Below are positions 13,296 to 25,940 of a DNA stretch of 64,000 nt, in pieces. Source of the stretch: Lama guanicoe (lineage: Eukaryota). The DNA is taken from positions 14,170,974-14,234,973 of the forward strand of contig MU054187.1 of NCBI GenBank assembly GCA_013239625.1, given 5' to 3'. A model generated the notes under the pieces. It searched no databases, had not been told where the DNA came from, and saw only the letters and a list, made by a program, of their open reading frames with translations. Each line of letters begins with the position of its first letter. Within the stretch, counting starts at the first letter, position 1. Position numbers and translations under genes: made by a program.

Positions 13296-14977
13296 CAGGG
13301 CCAGCCACGGAATTTGGGGGGCCCAGTGAAAATGGAAAAACCTGAGGTCCCTTATGTAAAAAGTAGGAGGGAAAGGCACAGTTAAAGGCACTAAAATATA
13401 ATCCACTTTTCTTTAAGAATGTTTTATTACTCATAAAATGTACGATGGGGTAACAGTGATACATTAATAACAACATAAATTTACAAATTGCAAAAAAAAA
13501 TTTGTGCCATAATTTTAAATACTATCACAAGAAAATACTTTATTAATGTGATATCTTGACTGATCTTTAGATTTTTCTAAATTGTTTTTCTAAAGATTCA
13601 CTTATTAGATCCTCAAAATGCATGCTTTTGGCAACATGATTTCAATCAGTGTAATCAAAATAAAGTTAGTTGCTCTTAGCAAATGTAAGATCACAAATAA
13701 CTTTTCATAATTTTTAATTCTGAGGACTTTTCTGATGCCACTTTTATTGGAATTGTTAAGAGTATTTTATAGTCTCTGACAACATTGGGATTAATTGTTG
13801 ACAAATTATTTTGAATAAAAATTTTAGTACATCTAGAGTTGACAATTCTTGCAAAACAAATTTTCTAAAAAGCTTTAACTCCTCATACAAATCAGTTTTG
13901 TGTAAGTCTGAATTTAGTTTCGTTTTATTTATTTATTATATTTTTTTAGAGGAAGTAGTGGGGAATTGAACCCAGGGCCTCATGCATGCCAAGCATGCAC
14001 TCTACCACTTGAGCTGCAGCCTCCCCCTCTGGACTTGGTTTTAAATGCAAACATACAATGACATTTTGATGTTTTCCTCTGATACTTCCTATAACTTGTT
14101 GAGGTCATACAGGAAACTGAAAGTGGTCTCATGATTTGTGCACAATTCAGACTATGCCTGTTTATACATTCTGTCACTATATCCTCAAACACAAAGAAAA
14201 ATTAATCGTAAAATTACCTTCCTTGTTAATAATTGGTTCATCTAAAGCTTCGTATGAAAAGAATGTTTTTTTCCCATCAAATACGGCAATTAAAATTTTT
14301 TAACTTCTGTCTCTAACCCTGTGGCTATTTACTTTGCAATGTGGCAGCAGTTTTAAAAACTGGAGATTTTAAATTCTTTGAAGAATTCTAATAATTTCCT
14401 AATGTGCTTTACTGTGACGTCTGTGTGTGTGTGTGGCTTTTATTTTGTAATAACTTACCAAGCACCAGCAGTTCCCATCCTGGCTCTCAGGCGGGAGAAT
14501 CTAAATGAGATTAGATTCACTGTGTTAATATTTGTATGAATGCTGCAGGAATGCAGACAACCCAGCTTCCTACCCCATGGGGAGCTTTTTCCCTCTCCCA
14601 GGGAGCAGCCACTGCCACCATAGTTGCTGCTTTTTTTGCCATGACTGCTGCAATCACCACCACCAGTCTTCACGGTGCCCGGCACTCTCCCAGGTGAGGA
14701 CGTGGGCACTGGGCACCCAGGCCAACTGCTCAGGGCACACACTTCCCTCACAGCTGAGCCCATGTGTGTACACGCTGCCGCCCAGTGCATCTCCTCCACA
14801 CGTGCACATGCTCCATTGCCCCATCAAACTTCTCATACAAAACCAAGTTCAAAAATAACATTAATAAGAATTTCAAGACAGCAGCCACAGTAGACCATTA
14901 AACCAAGCAAGGGCCCCTTCTGAGAGAGGAGCCCTGTGCACCTACCTGCACAGGTCACTCGCCGTAAAGCCACCCTG
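13296..14977 (-). mobile_element. hAT (Tip100-group, MER45/MER45R-like) DNA transposon relic, both ends present
   Basis: CAGGG termini at both ends; degenerate 8-bp TSD CATATAAC/CATGTAAG; internal minus-strand hAT dimerisation-domain remnant PNVVRDYKILLTIPIKVASEKSSELKIMKSYL*SYIC*EQL near 13670-13790. Confidence 0.85.
13921..14027 (-). mobile_element. tRNA-Ala-derived SINE (camelid type) nested in the hAT element
   Basis: A box CAGCTCAAGTGG, B box GGTTCAATTC, A-rich tail; TSD TCTGAATTTAGTTT / TCTGGACTTGGTTT (11/14). Confidence 0.88.
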
Positions 14978-15619
14978 CATGTAAGCAGGGTTCCAGTGAC
15001 CAGACACACCCCTGGGAGAGTTTGATTCAGGAGTGAGCTGAGCAGAGAGACAGGTGGGGCAGGGAGGCTTCTGTTTTGCCATCACGGTTGCCAATGGAGG
15101 CAGTTTGTTTCTGGGGTAGACGGTATTTCCACACCACTGCAAACAGAATGGTGGATGGAGGCAGCAATGCCTCCATTAAGTCAATGAGAAAGAATCATTG
15201 TGAGAGGTATTCCTGGAAATGTTCCCCAGAGCCCATTTCTCAAGATCCTCTGGGGTCCTATGAGCCACTTAGTGTCTCTTCAGTTGATCTCTTGCTGCTT
15301 AAACTAGGTCGAGAGAATTCCTGTTTGCAACTAAGAACCCTGGTAATCTGGTAAGTATTTTCTCCGTTTTACAGACGAAGAGACTAGGGTTCAGAGAGAA
15401 CTTGTCTATGGCCATAGAACTAGTGAATGGTACAGTAAGGATTCAGACCTGAATCCTGGGCTTGTAGCTACTACACTGCACCAATTCTTCACGCAGCATC
15501 AGAGAGCTCACTAAATCATCCTTCGTACTGCATCACAATTTGGTACTGAATATCCATCACTTTTTTCCTCGGGCGACTGTCTCTTCTGCACTCAGTGGCA
15601 CTGTCAGTCAAGTGCCTTG

Positions 15620-15995
15620 ACTCTCCAGTCAGTGGGAGGAATGTGATGTCGCCTGGGCCAATCAGAATATCCCATCTTCCTTAAACACAACCGTGGGCCC
15701 AGTGGTGGACTTTGGACTCAAGCAAGGTCATTCAGAGTCCACTCTGGAGGACTAATACGCCTGCTGGGAAAGTGGGTCTCTCCTTCTGAGATCGTAATCA
15801 CCATGTAAGTTCGTTGGGGCCATTTTTCTATCCAAACGGAGTAAGAAACTAACATAGAAAAAAAAGCAGAGCTGAAAGACACTCCTGGTCATGTCATTTG
15901 GACCCCTGGATCTAGCCATTCTTGAGGTCTAATAAGTGAGCCGATAAATTATTTTTACCTATGCTAGTTTAAGTTGCTTTTTCTGTCTCTAAACA
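15620..15995 (+). mobile_element. MLT1-type LTR relic
   Basis: GGGCCAATCAGAATATCCC...GGACCCCTGGATCTAGCC...AGTTTAAGTTGCTTTTTCTGTC. Confidence 0.55.
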
Positions 15996-16379
15996 TAAAG
16001 AAAAAAAAACCCCTTCAAAGCTACTTCATGTAGCAGAAGGGGCAGCAGACTTGAGTCATACTCTCTGGCCACCATCTGCTGCCTGACTCTGTAACTGTTT
16101 ATCAAGACTTCTACACTGACCCAGATAGCTTCTCACCAGGGACCATTTCTCTCCCATTATTTATTTTCCATTTCTGTTCACAATGGAGGTCACACTGATC
16201 AGGAATTACTGCTACAACCATCTGCTCTCCATATAATTCATGCATCTTTCCTTCTCTGTGCACTCGCTCCCTGGCCGTGCTGACTCTCAAGTAAAAGGCA
16301 TTGTCTACCCTTGTCAGAGACAGAGGAAGGTATGGAGAGCCTCCCTTTAGATTCTAGGCTGCCTATTCAGCATCTAGTC

Positions 16380-17180
16380 GCACCAGAAACAACATGAAAT
16401 CCCGCGGATGATGTGATTCATTATAGACAGTGTGATTTGGTTAAAACCAGTGTCTGGATTTCTTCAGATACATAAACTAAAAGGTACTAAAAGGAACCAT
16501 GGAGGTGATCTCTTTCAGGGTCAGTGAAGTGTAGGTGGCTCTCACTGGGATACGAGAGATGGCTTCATAGGAACATGGGCATGGAATTAAATAGCACAGA
16601 ATCAGAAGCACACCCATCTTCCCCAAGTCTATTAAATGGAACCATCAGCCAACCAGGAACTGAGGGTCAGTCTCTTAAGGAACTAGCCTACATCCTTCCA
16701 GAATGTCAATGTTATGAGATGCAAAGAAGGGCTGAGGAACTGTTCCAGGTTAAAGAAGACGAAAGAGAAATGATCACTAAATGCAACACATGATCTGAAC
16801 TGGGTTTCTGCACTGGGGGAGAAAATGTCATGTCATTGTTGGGTCAATGGACAAAATCAAATTACAGCCCAGAGTTAGATAGAAGTATTGCATCCATGTT
16901 AAATTTCCTGAATATGGTTATGTTACTGTGGTTACATCCAGAGAACATCCTTCTTTTTCAGAAATACATGCTGAGGTATTAAAGGGTATGGTGTAAGGCA
17001 CCTACTCAGTGGTTTGAAAACAAATATTATAAGTATATAGAGACAGTGAATTATAGAGCAAACGTGGCCAATATGCAAAACTGGCAAATGCGGATAAAAG
17101 CTCGACTGGAGTTCCTTTGCACTATTCTTACACCTTTTTTGTAAGTTTGAAGTTATTCCAAAAAAGAAAGTTTTCTAACA
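16380..17180 (+). mobile_element. Ancient L1M (MC/ME-type) 3' end
   Basis: GAGGAACTGTTCCAGGTTAAAGAAGAC...CTAAATGCAAC; ATGTTAAATTTCCTGA; GTAAGTTTGAAGTTATTCCAAAA terminus. Confidence 0.7.
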
Positions 17181-20100
17181 AAAGAGCAAGCTGGTCTTTC
17201 AAGTTTCTTTCAACCCTCATGATTACATCAAAGAGAAAGAATCCGCTTGAGACTAACATACCTTTAAGACTTTTCCAACACTTGCTAACCTCCCTTTTTA
17301 ATAAAGAGAGAGCAAGCCTCAGGCTCAATCTTGGCAAGGAGCGGTTACCAGCTAGAATTTAATATCTTAGTTTTGTTTTCATTGTATTTACTTTCTATTT
17401 ATGGCAAGTGGGGTAGTTTCCTTGCAGGGTGAGATACACAGTTACCTTTTAAAGAAATTTCTATAATTAGAAATGAGTTAATGCAAAAAAGTGTTTGTAT
17501 TTCTTTTTAATGTAACATTAATAATTACTAATATAAAAGTGCAGGTAGCATTTGGAGGGTAAAGACATGACGTTTAAACACAACAAATTGCCTGACTTTC
17601 AGGAAACACTAATGTTTCTATTCTCGGTCTGTATTCCAGGTCTATTCTCATGGCCTCATCATACAGGAAGGGAAATTGAAATCTACAATTTGGATGGCTG
17701 GTCTATGATCACAGGGTCCGCAGTGATGATGGCAGGGCAGGTGTACAGCGAACCCTCCCAATCATTGCCCCACCCATTCCTGTGCGACTCATGACACAAG
17801 AGTGCCAAGACCAGCTCTGCAATAAGAAACGCAGCTCAGGGTGGTACCACCTATTATTTACACGCATGCATGCAAACTAGTTAGCCACACTGCAAGTCAG
17901 GCAACTCACAGCCAAAGCAGCCCTCACTGCTGGCTTGGACCTTTGACCTTGAAACCGTCTTGTCTCTTCTCACTCCCCAAGTGGCCAATGGAACAGAATG
18001 AGTTGTTCTTACATAGTTTATGAACAAATTCAAACATTTTCTTTCAAAGGCAGTGATGTGATCCTAGAGTTTTGGAAGCATGAAATAACAGGCAGCTGAA
18101 TCTTGTAAATGGTTTCAGAAATGGTCGAGGGAAGCAAAGCTGGGGAGTACATGTTCTGAGGCACTGGCCCTGTCTCCCAGAGCTCACACTCCAAATTCCG
18201 GGAGCTGACAGTTAAAGTAGTTCCTTTTTCTCTCATGTTCTCACTCAATGCTGTTTTTTTTCTAAATCTGTGGGTGGGTTTTATTTGCCGTTTGGTGAAA
18301 AATTAGAGGTACTGGAGTGAATCTTACTGTATGTGTCTGATCCAGTCCTTTCACGGCTGTCAGGGAATTCAACCTCATTGCCAACAGGCGAGTTTCCTCT
18401 GCCTGCAGGGGTCCCAGAGGAGGACATGTGACAGCTTCCTTGGTCTCATCTCAGGCTTGACTTCTCGGACTGGCGGGGCCACCTTCCTCCCATCGACTGA
18501 ATCCACTTGAGCACAAGTGTGTGTCTGCCCCTCTGTTCCCTCCTCTGTGGACAGCAAATGTCCTCCAGTCTTTGTAAGACAATCATCATGTGTTTGGAGG
18601 TGATCACCCATCCTCCTCCTTGACTATCTCTCCCTAAAGTGAACGCACCCAGTTTTTTCCATCTTCATGCTTAAAATAACAATTTCCAATCTATTCATCA
18701 TCTTCGTGGCTCACCTCTGAGCCTTCGTGTTGTTTTTTCCTATCGCTCTAAAGTCACTGAGCTCCGAGCACAGTGCAGCGTTTTGAGGGTGTGTGCAGTC
18801 AGTGCGAAAATGCTCAACATTCCTGCTTCCTTGGGACGACTGAGCCTCTCCCCTGGTAGGTGGGTCCCTCTGGGCTCTGCTGGACTGAGCACATCTGTCT
18901 GGGGCCTTTGCTTGTTCAAGTTCCACCTCCACAGCATTTTAGGTAGGATGTAGTATGGGGGGGGCAGTACCTCAGAGACACAACCTGTAATTTTGTAAGT
19001 GGAAAGTCCAGTTTAGCACCAGCTCACTCAGTGGTTCTAGAGGACTACTAAATAGTCAGCCAGGTCCTGAGGCTGCTCCCCTTAGAGAATTAAATTAACT
19101 AAGGGAAAATTAGGTGTCCAGGTCATTCTGGAACTTGACAAACTCTATCCAAGTAGCCTACTTATGGGAGGCTGTTATGTGGAATGATTTTAGGGACACT
19201 GGAAAAAATCACAGAGATGCCTGCCTACAGGAGAAATTCCACACTGTGCCTGAAAATTTCAACTTGCCAGACATATGTGGGACTCATTTAGCAATTCTGG
19301 GTAACAGTCTAGCCCTGCTTGCCTCGCCGTAGTGTGGGAATGCACTGATACGGGGTGACAGCCTTTGAAAACTTTGAAAAGCAGAAAGAAGACAGAGCCA
19401 GGTGGGGGACAGAGCCGGTTTTTACCCGTCTGTGTCTGAGGCTGTCTCAGAACTGTCCCAGCACCTGACTGCCATGAGGCCAGTTCAAGGACCTGAAGGA
19501 CCCACTTGCAAGGTTAAAGAGTCAGGCCTGGAATTCCCACATTCCTTCGAGATTAAAGGGGGTTGTCAAGTGGCTGCATATTAGACGATCTACTCAAATG
19601 GCAGGAAAATTATTCTCTAAACAGAGTTTTATGCTGCTCGTCAGAAGTCGGTGAGTCTAGACATCTCACTTTTCACGTAAGGAAATTGTAGCACAGAGAG
19701 AGTGACTGGTCCAAGGTCAGGCAACAAGTAGTGGCAGAATCAGGACTAAAATTGACGTCCCTTTCCTTCCCCATTTTGACCCTCTTTGAAAATGCTAGGG
19801 TAGCAAACCACTGAATAGAATGGGAGGAATTCCTACATCTCTCACTAGACATTTGTGATGGATGGGGGCTTGCCAACCGCCATTGTGTGGTTCTGCGCAG
19901 ATGGCAGCTACAGGCTGGGTAAGTAGGAGGCAGGGTTGAACCTTGTGTGTGTGTACATTTCAACTCCTTTCTTTGCATTTTGGTTACATTTAACAACGTG
20001 TTACCTCTTCACGGAGTAGTTTATATCATTGCAGGATGCCAGGAATGACATCAACATCTCTTAAAACCTAATGTTTCACATTCTCAACTGTAAACATTAA

Positions 20101-20730
20101 CATTGCTTCGTTTCCAGATATAAACTCAAAGTCATTCTGAAGTTGGATGGTTTCTTTCCAAGAAAGTTGGTGTTACTGTAATGAAATTTACCTAATTAAT
20201 CTCCTTAAGGAGGGAAGGAGTCCAAGGATGACTTCTAATAAAGACCTTAACGTTTTTGCAAAGCAAGACAATCTGTGGATTCATTTTGGGAGAGACCATA
20301 ACTTTCCAAATAAATCTTAGTAAAACTTTGCAGACGGGGTACTTGAGCTATTTCCCCATTTGGATGGTTTGCTTTCAGCCTTAATCAGCCCTGAGAAAAC
20401 TTCTCTAGAACCTCTGGATGTATTTATACTCATCTGTGACCTTGGACCCCAATGTCCAGGGTCACTGTTCTTGGTGCCAAGAACTCATATGAAAAGTAAA
20501 TTTGAACGAGTCATTGATGGAAATTCTTGGCCTGCCATATTTCAAAGCCATCCCCTCCCTGGGCTTCACCTGCATGCTGTGTGCATGGACCTATCTTGAT
20601 ACCTGCATCACATTTTGGTTGCACCAAGCAGTGAGGATGATGAACAGAGGCCACCACCCTCTGCCAGGGCCTTTGCCCTGAACCCCAGTGGAACCATCTA
20701 CATGTATATAACCAAGAATCTCTCCTTTCA

Positions 20731-21482
20731 GAGGGTGTGGGGAAAAGGGGACCTTCCTGCACTGTTGGTGGGAATGTACATTGGTGCAGCCACAATGGAG
20801 AACGTTATGGAGGTTCCTTAAAAAACTAAAATCAGAGTTACCATGTGAACCAGCAATCCCACTCCTGGGCATATATCCAAAAAAGATGAAAATCCTAGTT
20901 CTAAAAGATATTTGGCCCCAAATGTTCACAGCAGCACTATTTATAACAGCCAAGACATGGAAACAAACTAAATGTCCAAGGACAGATGAATATAAGGAAG
21001 ATGTGGTGCACATATATATGATGGAATACTACTCAGCCATAAACAAGAATGAGAGCTGCCATTTACAGCAACATGGATGGATGGAGAGATTATCATATTA
21101 AGTGAAGTAAGTCAGACAGAGAAAGACAGATATTATATGATATCACTTACATGTGGACTCTAAAAAAAATTACACAAATGAACTTATTTACAAATGGAAA
21201 TAGACCCACAGACATAGAAAATAAACTTATGGTTACCAAAGAGAAAAGGGGGGGAGGGATAAATTGGGAATTTGGGATTAATAGATAATACTGTATATAA
21301 AATAGATAAACAAGGACGTGCTGTACAGCACAGGGAACTATATTCAGTACCTTGTAATGATCTGTAATGGAAAAGGATCCAAAAAGAATATGTGTGTGTA
21401 ACTGAATCACTTTGCTGTACACCTGAAACATTATAAATCAAATATACTTCAATTTTAAAAATGTGAAACAAACAGACAAAAA
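20731..21482 (+). mobile_element. 5'-truncated L1 (ORF2 C-terminus plus 3'UTR)
   Basis: ORF 20781..21101 resembles the L1 ORF2p C-terminus ([24 protein letters not shown]); perfect 17-bp TSD AAGAATCTCTCCTTTCA (20714-20730 / 21483-21499). Confidence 0.93.
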
Positions 21483-22379
21483 AAGAATCTCTCCTTTCAA
21501 AGGAGCACAGAGTATAGGAAGCCACACTGGGGAACAGGAGAACATTCCTCGGTCTCCTGGCCCTGAGGTCAAGAGGACTGCAGAAGGGGTACCCGCAGGG
21601 AAGAGTCTTTGGAGAGACAGCCTCTGTGAAGGTGTCGAGGGAGTGGGGACATTTGTGAACCCTGGGACTTGGTTGGGGGTGGGGCGTCCAACAGGAATAA
21701 AGGGAATCACTGGGCTGGAGTCTGGGGATATCAGAGCAGTCTGCTGCATGAGGGTATGCAAGGGTTCGCAAGGTTAGAGAGAACGCTTAGGAATGTGGCA
21801 GGAATCCAGTCTTCAAAATTGGGACAGCTGGTCACAGAGAGACAGACAGCCAAGGGTAACTCGGGCCTCAGCGCCCAAATACAGAGCTGGATCTGTGTAA
21901 GTCCTTACTGATTCAGGACCTGACCAGACTGGGAAGCGAGGTGGGGCTGGGTTTACAGGTGGCAGGTGGGACGAAGGATGTCAAGGCAGGTAACTTGCCA
22001 GGCCTGACACTCTTTCAGCAAAGAAGGCCATAAAGAGTCTCAGAAGGCTGGTGACCTGAGTAGAATTTTCAAGAACAGAATCTCTCCACCACTCCCTCAC
22101 CCTATGCAGGAAAACAAATATCGTTTAGGCCTTGATATGGTAACATTCTGGCGTAATTCATCCTATGGCAGTCATCCTGCGCTCTCTGCAATCTCCACTC
22201 CCCTTGTGAAGCGTCTGAAGTCTGGGACTGGGCTCAGCTTTTACTGGAATTTCTGGTCTCATCATTTGTGTCCGTGAGGGCAGATCTATTTCTGTAGATC
22301 AATTTCCAGCACAATGCTGGCACTCAGTGAATATTTGGTGACAGAACGGATAACTCTGGCAGATAGCGTTACTATGATC

Positions 22380-22735
22380 AAGTATTCACTTCCTCCTTCT
22401 TTATAACCCAACCCTCTGGGCTTGGCCACGTGACTTGTTTTATGCAGTGCAAGTCAAGTAGGCACGACCCCTGGCATTTCCGAGCAGCGGATTGAAGTGA
22501 GAGCGTCTGGCTTGGCTCAGACTCTTGTGCTTTTCTGTTCTCTGCCTCAAGGCTGCAGGTTGCAGGTAGGGGTTGCTCCTGCAGCCTGAGTCCCAGACAG
22601 GAAGATGCTAAAAGCCAACCCACAGTCAGCCCACAGCCTATCGCCGAGCTGTGGCCATTCCATAGCATGATGGAGAAGTGAATGTTTGCAAGCCACTGGA
22701 TTTGGGAGCCGTTGCCATGACAAAAAGCCTGCGAC
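22380..22735 (+). mobile_element. MLT1-type LTR relic
   Basis: GGGCTTGGCCACGTGACTTGTTT...TGCAGCCTGAGTCCCAGA...AAGCCACTGGATTTGGG. Confidence 0.6.
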
Positions 22736-23429
22736 TGGGGGAGTGAGGTATCCCCTGTTTAATTTCCCCCACGTGCTGGCACCGCTGCCTTCAATTCCTC
22801 CATTTTGCCAAAGCTGAGAGCAGATGGCGAACCTATTTCCCTTGCCGCCCGTAGCATCTAGAGAGGGGCCTCTCTGCTGTTCTCTACTAGAGAACACACA
22901 GTTTCCTTCATCTCAGGGAAACCTAACAGTTAACTGTCAAGGCTGCTTACAGTGAAAAGCAGCCTGAAAGCGAGTTTACATATCACATTTTAAACATGCA
23001 GTTTTAAAATAAATACAAGCCTGAAGCTGGCTCCAGCCCCCTCCCTTTCTTCACCTGCCAGAAGCATGTTTTCTCCAGTTCTTCAAAAAGTCAGAGTGCT
23101 CTTCAGGGGCTGGAGGCGGAGTGCTGTCTGCAAGCGACCTGATTGAAAGCTCAGGGTCTTCTCCCTCCGTACCTGTCTTCGATTTGTCTTGGGAAGAACT
23201 CAGAATATAAAATGTGTGTGGACTTTGCACACAAGGAAAGGCAGACCCAAAGAAATCCTGGAGACACTGTGCTCTGCTCGGTTCTCTTACTCCTCCCTGG
23301 AGCTGTCTATATTGCATTTAAACGTTTGATGAGAAGTGAAAAAAAATGCAGACAGATTTCTAAGATACTAAATAGCTAAACATTTGGAAACTAAACTAAA
23401 TGGTTCATATTTTTTATCAGACTCTGTAA

Positions 23430-24950
23430 TGATATCCACCCTCCCAGTCTCAGCCTCCACCTATATGCTGATAATTGCAAATTCTACCTTGCCAACCGTG
23501 ACTTTTCTCACAAGGTGCAGATCCTTAGAGCCACCTGACTGTCCACGATGCTTCAAATGCAGTATATTTGAAATGAAATGTTGGTCATGACCTTTCTTTC
23601 CCTTCATTTTCCGTATTGACTGCCGACACCTCATCTATGCTCTTGTCCAAGCCAGAAACTGGGGATCCTGTTGGCTGTTTCCTCTCCCTCAGCCCCTGTA
23701 TTCATCTGATGATCAAGTCCTGGGGCACTACCCCAAAGCCTTTAGCTGGCTATAAGTCATTCATACCTGCCTATATAAATAAATGTCCTACTTGGAGTAT
23801 CTCCGAAATGGCCTTAAAACTCCTTTGCCCTATCCCCACTGAGGAGGAAAAACTTTCCCCTGCCCTTCTAGGTTCTTCTGGCTGATCTAAGACTTAACTC
23901 GACATAAGACAGAGTAACAGGAGAAGACTAGATTTAATTTTGTATGTACAGGGACCCCCTACCTACATGACAAGACCACAGACAGAAAGGCAAAATGAGG
24001 TCTGTATGCCATCCTGAGCTAGGAATGGGATGGGGGCCTGGGGCTTCCAAGGACAGAGGGTCCTTCACAGGGCAAATGGGAGAAGTGCAAATGCTTAGTA
24101 ATTAGATGTTTGCCCTGCCATGCAGATGGGGCCACTTGGATAAAATTTTTCTTCGGTGATAACTCTTTTCTGGGAAAAATTCCCAATTTAAATTCTTGTA
24201 GGTAGCTCGGCAGTACTCTTCTCTGGAACCCGCAGGATCTCATCTGCCTTTAGCTCAAAATAATCCTCATGTCAAAGTGACACATTTAAGGGAGGCTCAT
24301 TCTGAACCTTATAGCCCTCAGCATCCCCCACCCTAATTGCATCTTGGCTATTGCAAACATCTCCTAACTGGTCTCTGCATCCAGTCTCGCTGCTGCCCCC
24401 CGACCTGTAGTCTGTCCTCAGACCAGAGTCCTCTTCCGACAACACAGATCTAACGGTCTGGTTCCCTCCCTGGAAAGCCCTCTGGGGCTTCCCGTCGGAT
24501 ATAGAGTAAAGCCCCACCTTTTGACTGGCTCATGGAGAACTTTGTGATGGACTCTGGGAGTTTTTCAGGCTCTTCTCTCAGAGTGTCCAAGCTCCAGGCA
24601 TTTGAACACACTGTGTTCTTTTTCCCTGGGGACGCTGTGTTTACCTAGGGGACCCCTGCTCATCCTCCATGACTCCACTCAAGGACCCTGTCCTCGGTGA
24701 AGGCTGTCCTGCTGACTCTACCCCTCAGAGATCTAGGCGGCTCCCCCGCCCACCAACTGTCCAAACTCTGTAACTCTGTTCCAGCCCCAGTAGCATGGCT
24801 TCTCATGGTGTGTTCACCTGTCTGCCTCCCTTGTCAAACTGTGAGTGACGTGAAGGTGGCAAACCAGCCCGAGTTATCACTCCAACTTCAGGTCCAGGCA
24901 CACTGCATCCACTCTGTGAACATCACAGAACAAATGGAAGAAGGAATATA
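23430..24950 (+). mobile_element. L2 relic interrupted by the LTR
   Basis: CAAGCCAGAAACTGGGGATCC, CTCCTAACTGGTCTCTG, CTGCTCATCCTCC motifs. Confidence 0.6.
23840..24315 (-). mobile_element. ERV1 (MER34-like) solo LTR inserted in an L2
   Basis: TGAGGAGGAAAAACTTTCCC...GACATAAGACAGAGTAACAGGAGAA...CTCAAAATAATCCTCATGTCAAAGTGACACATT. Confidence 0.65.
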
Positions 24951-25349
24951 GGAGTAAGTCCTCTAGTCATAGCCTAAGTGTCCTTGAGTGGATAAGCGAC
25001 TTAGCATATTAACTTTCCTACCTGTATCCGAAAGTCAGAATGGGAATCAGCAGGGCAGGTTTTTTTCTGTTTTTTGTTTTTGTTTGTTTGTTTTTTTTTA
25101 AAAGCACTGTTCTAAATAGAAGGACAAAAAATTATGTTATTCCAGCATTATTTTTGTAGGGACGGTGTCATTTGCTGGAGAACCAGACATGAGAGTACAT
25201 GCTGACGGATAGGATTGGCATCCCAGTGCACTCATGTCAAGAGGGGATATTAGGGAGGAAAGTGCTTAGAACCTAAACTTTTCCCTTTGTATTGAGAAAG
25301 CATAAAAGCTTATCTGGCAGAGCTCCCCAGCCTTCTCTTTTGTGAAGAG

Positions 25350-25590
25350 AATAGTCACTAAGAGCATGAACTTTGGAGCCAAAATTCTCAAGATTTGAGT
25401 CTCAGCCCCAGCACTTGTTAGCTTTGTGACTTTAGGCAAGCAGCTTAATCTCTCTGTGCCTCAATTTCCCTGTCTGCAAAATTAGTATGTTCATAGAGCC
25501 TACCTACCTCATAAGTTATTATAAGGATTAATTGAAATGAATGCAGATAAAGCACTTAATACTCACGATAACACAAGAGCTAGTTAAGCC
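25350..25590 (+). mobile_element. MIR SINE
   Basis: Core TGTGACTTTAGGCAAGCAGCTTAATCTCTCTGTGCCTCAATTTCCC. Confidence 0.8.
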
Positions 25591-25921
25591 ATATATTTTC
25601 CCCCAAATCTTAGGGTACAATTTCTAAGTATCAGAGATGGTTAGAGCCCCTTTATGTGGCATTGCTCCTATATCCTCAAGTGTTTTTATTTTTATGGTCC
25701 TTTGTGATTATTTACTGTCCAGAGTTTTACAAAATCCACACAATTTTCACCATGCTTGTATGAAGATTTAGAGAAATATATCCAAGATATAGAACTTCAG
25801 GGAGTTCAATCCCGACTCCCTGCCTTGACTAGCCTCCAACGTTAGTTGAGGGGCGATCAAGCCAATGTGAGTGAGTGCAGGAGACCCATAGGCTTGCCTT
25901 GTGTGTATGCGGTCAGTGTCA

Positions 25922-25940
25922 CTGCGCCACCTAGTGGGCA
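25922..25940 (-). promoter_or_regulatory. CTCF binding motif
   Basis: Minus strand reads TGCCCACTAGGTGGCGCAG, a close match to the CTCF core CCAC/GNAGG/ATGGCGC. Confidence 0.7.

Noticed and set aside
21184..21771. Longest ORF in the track (195 aa, minus strand)
   Set aside because: Runs antisense through an L1 3'UTR and its TSD; no recognisable protein.
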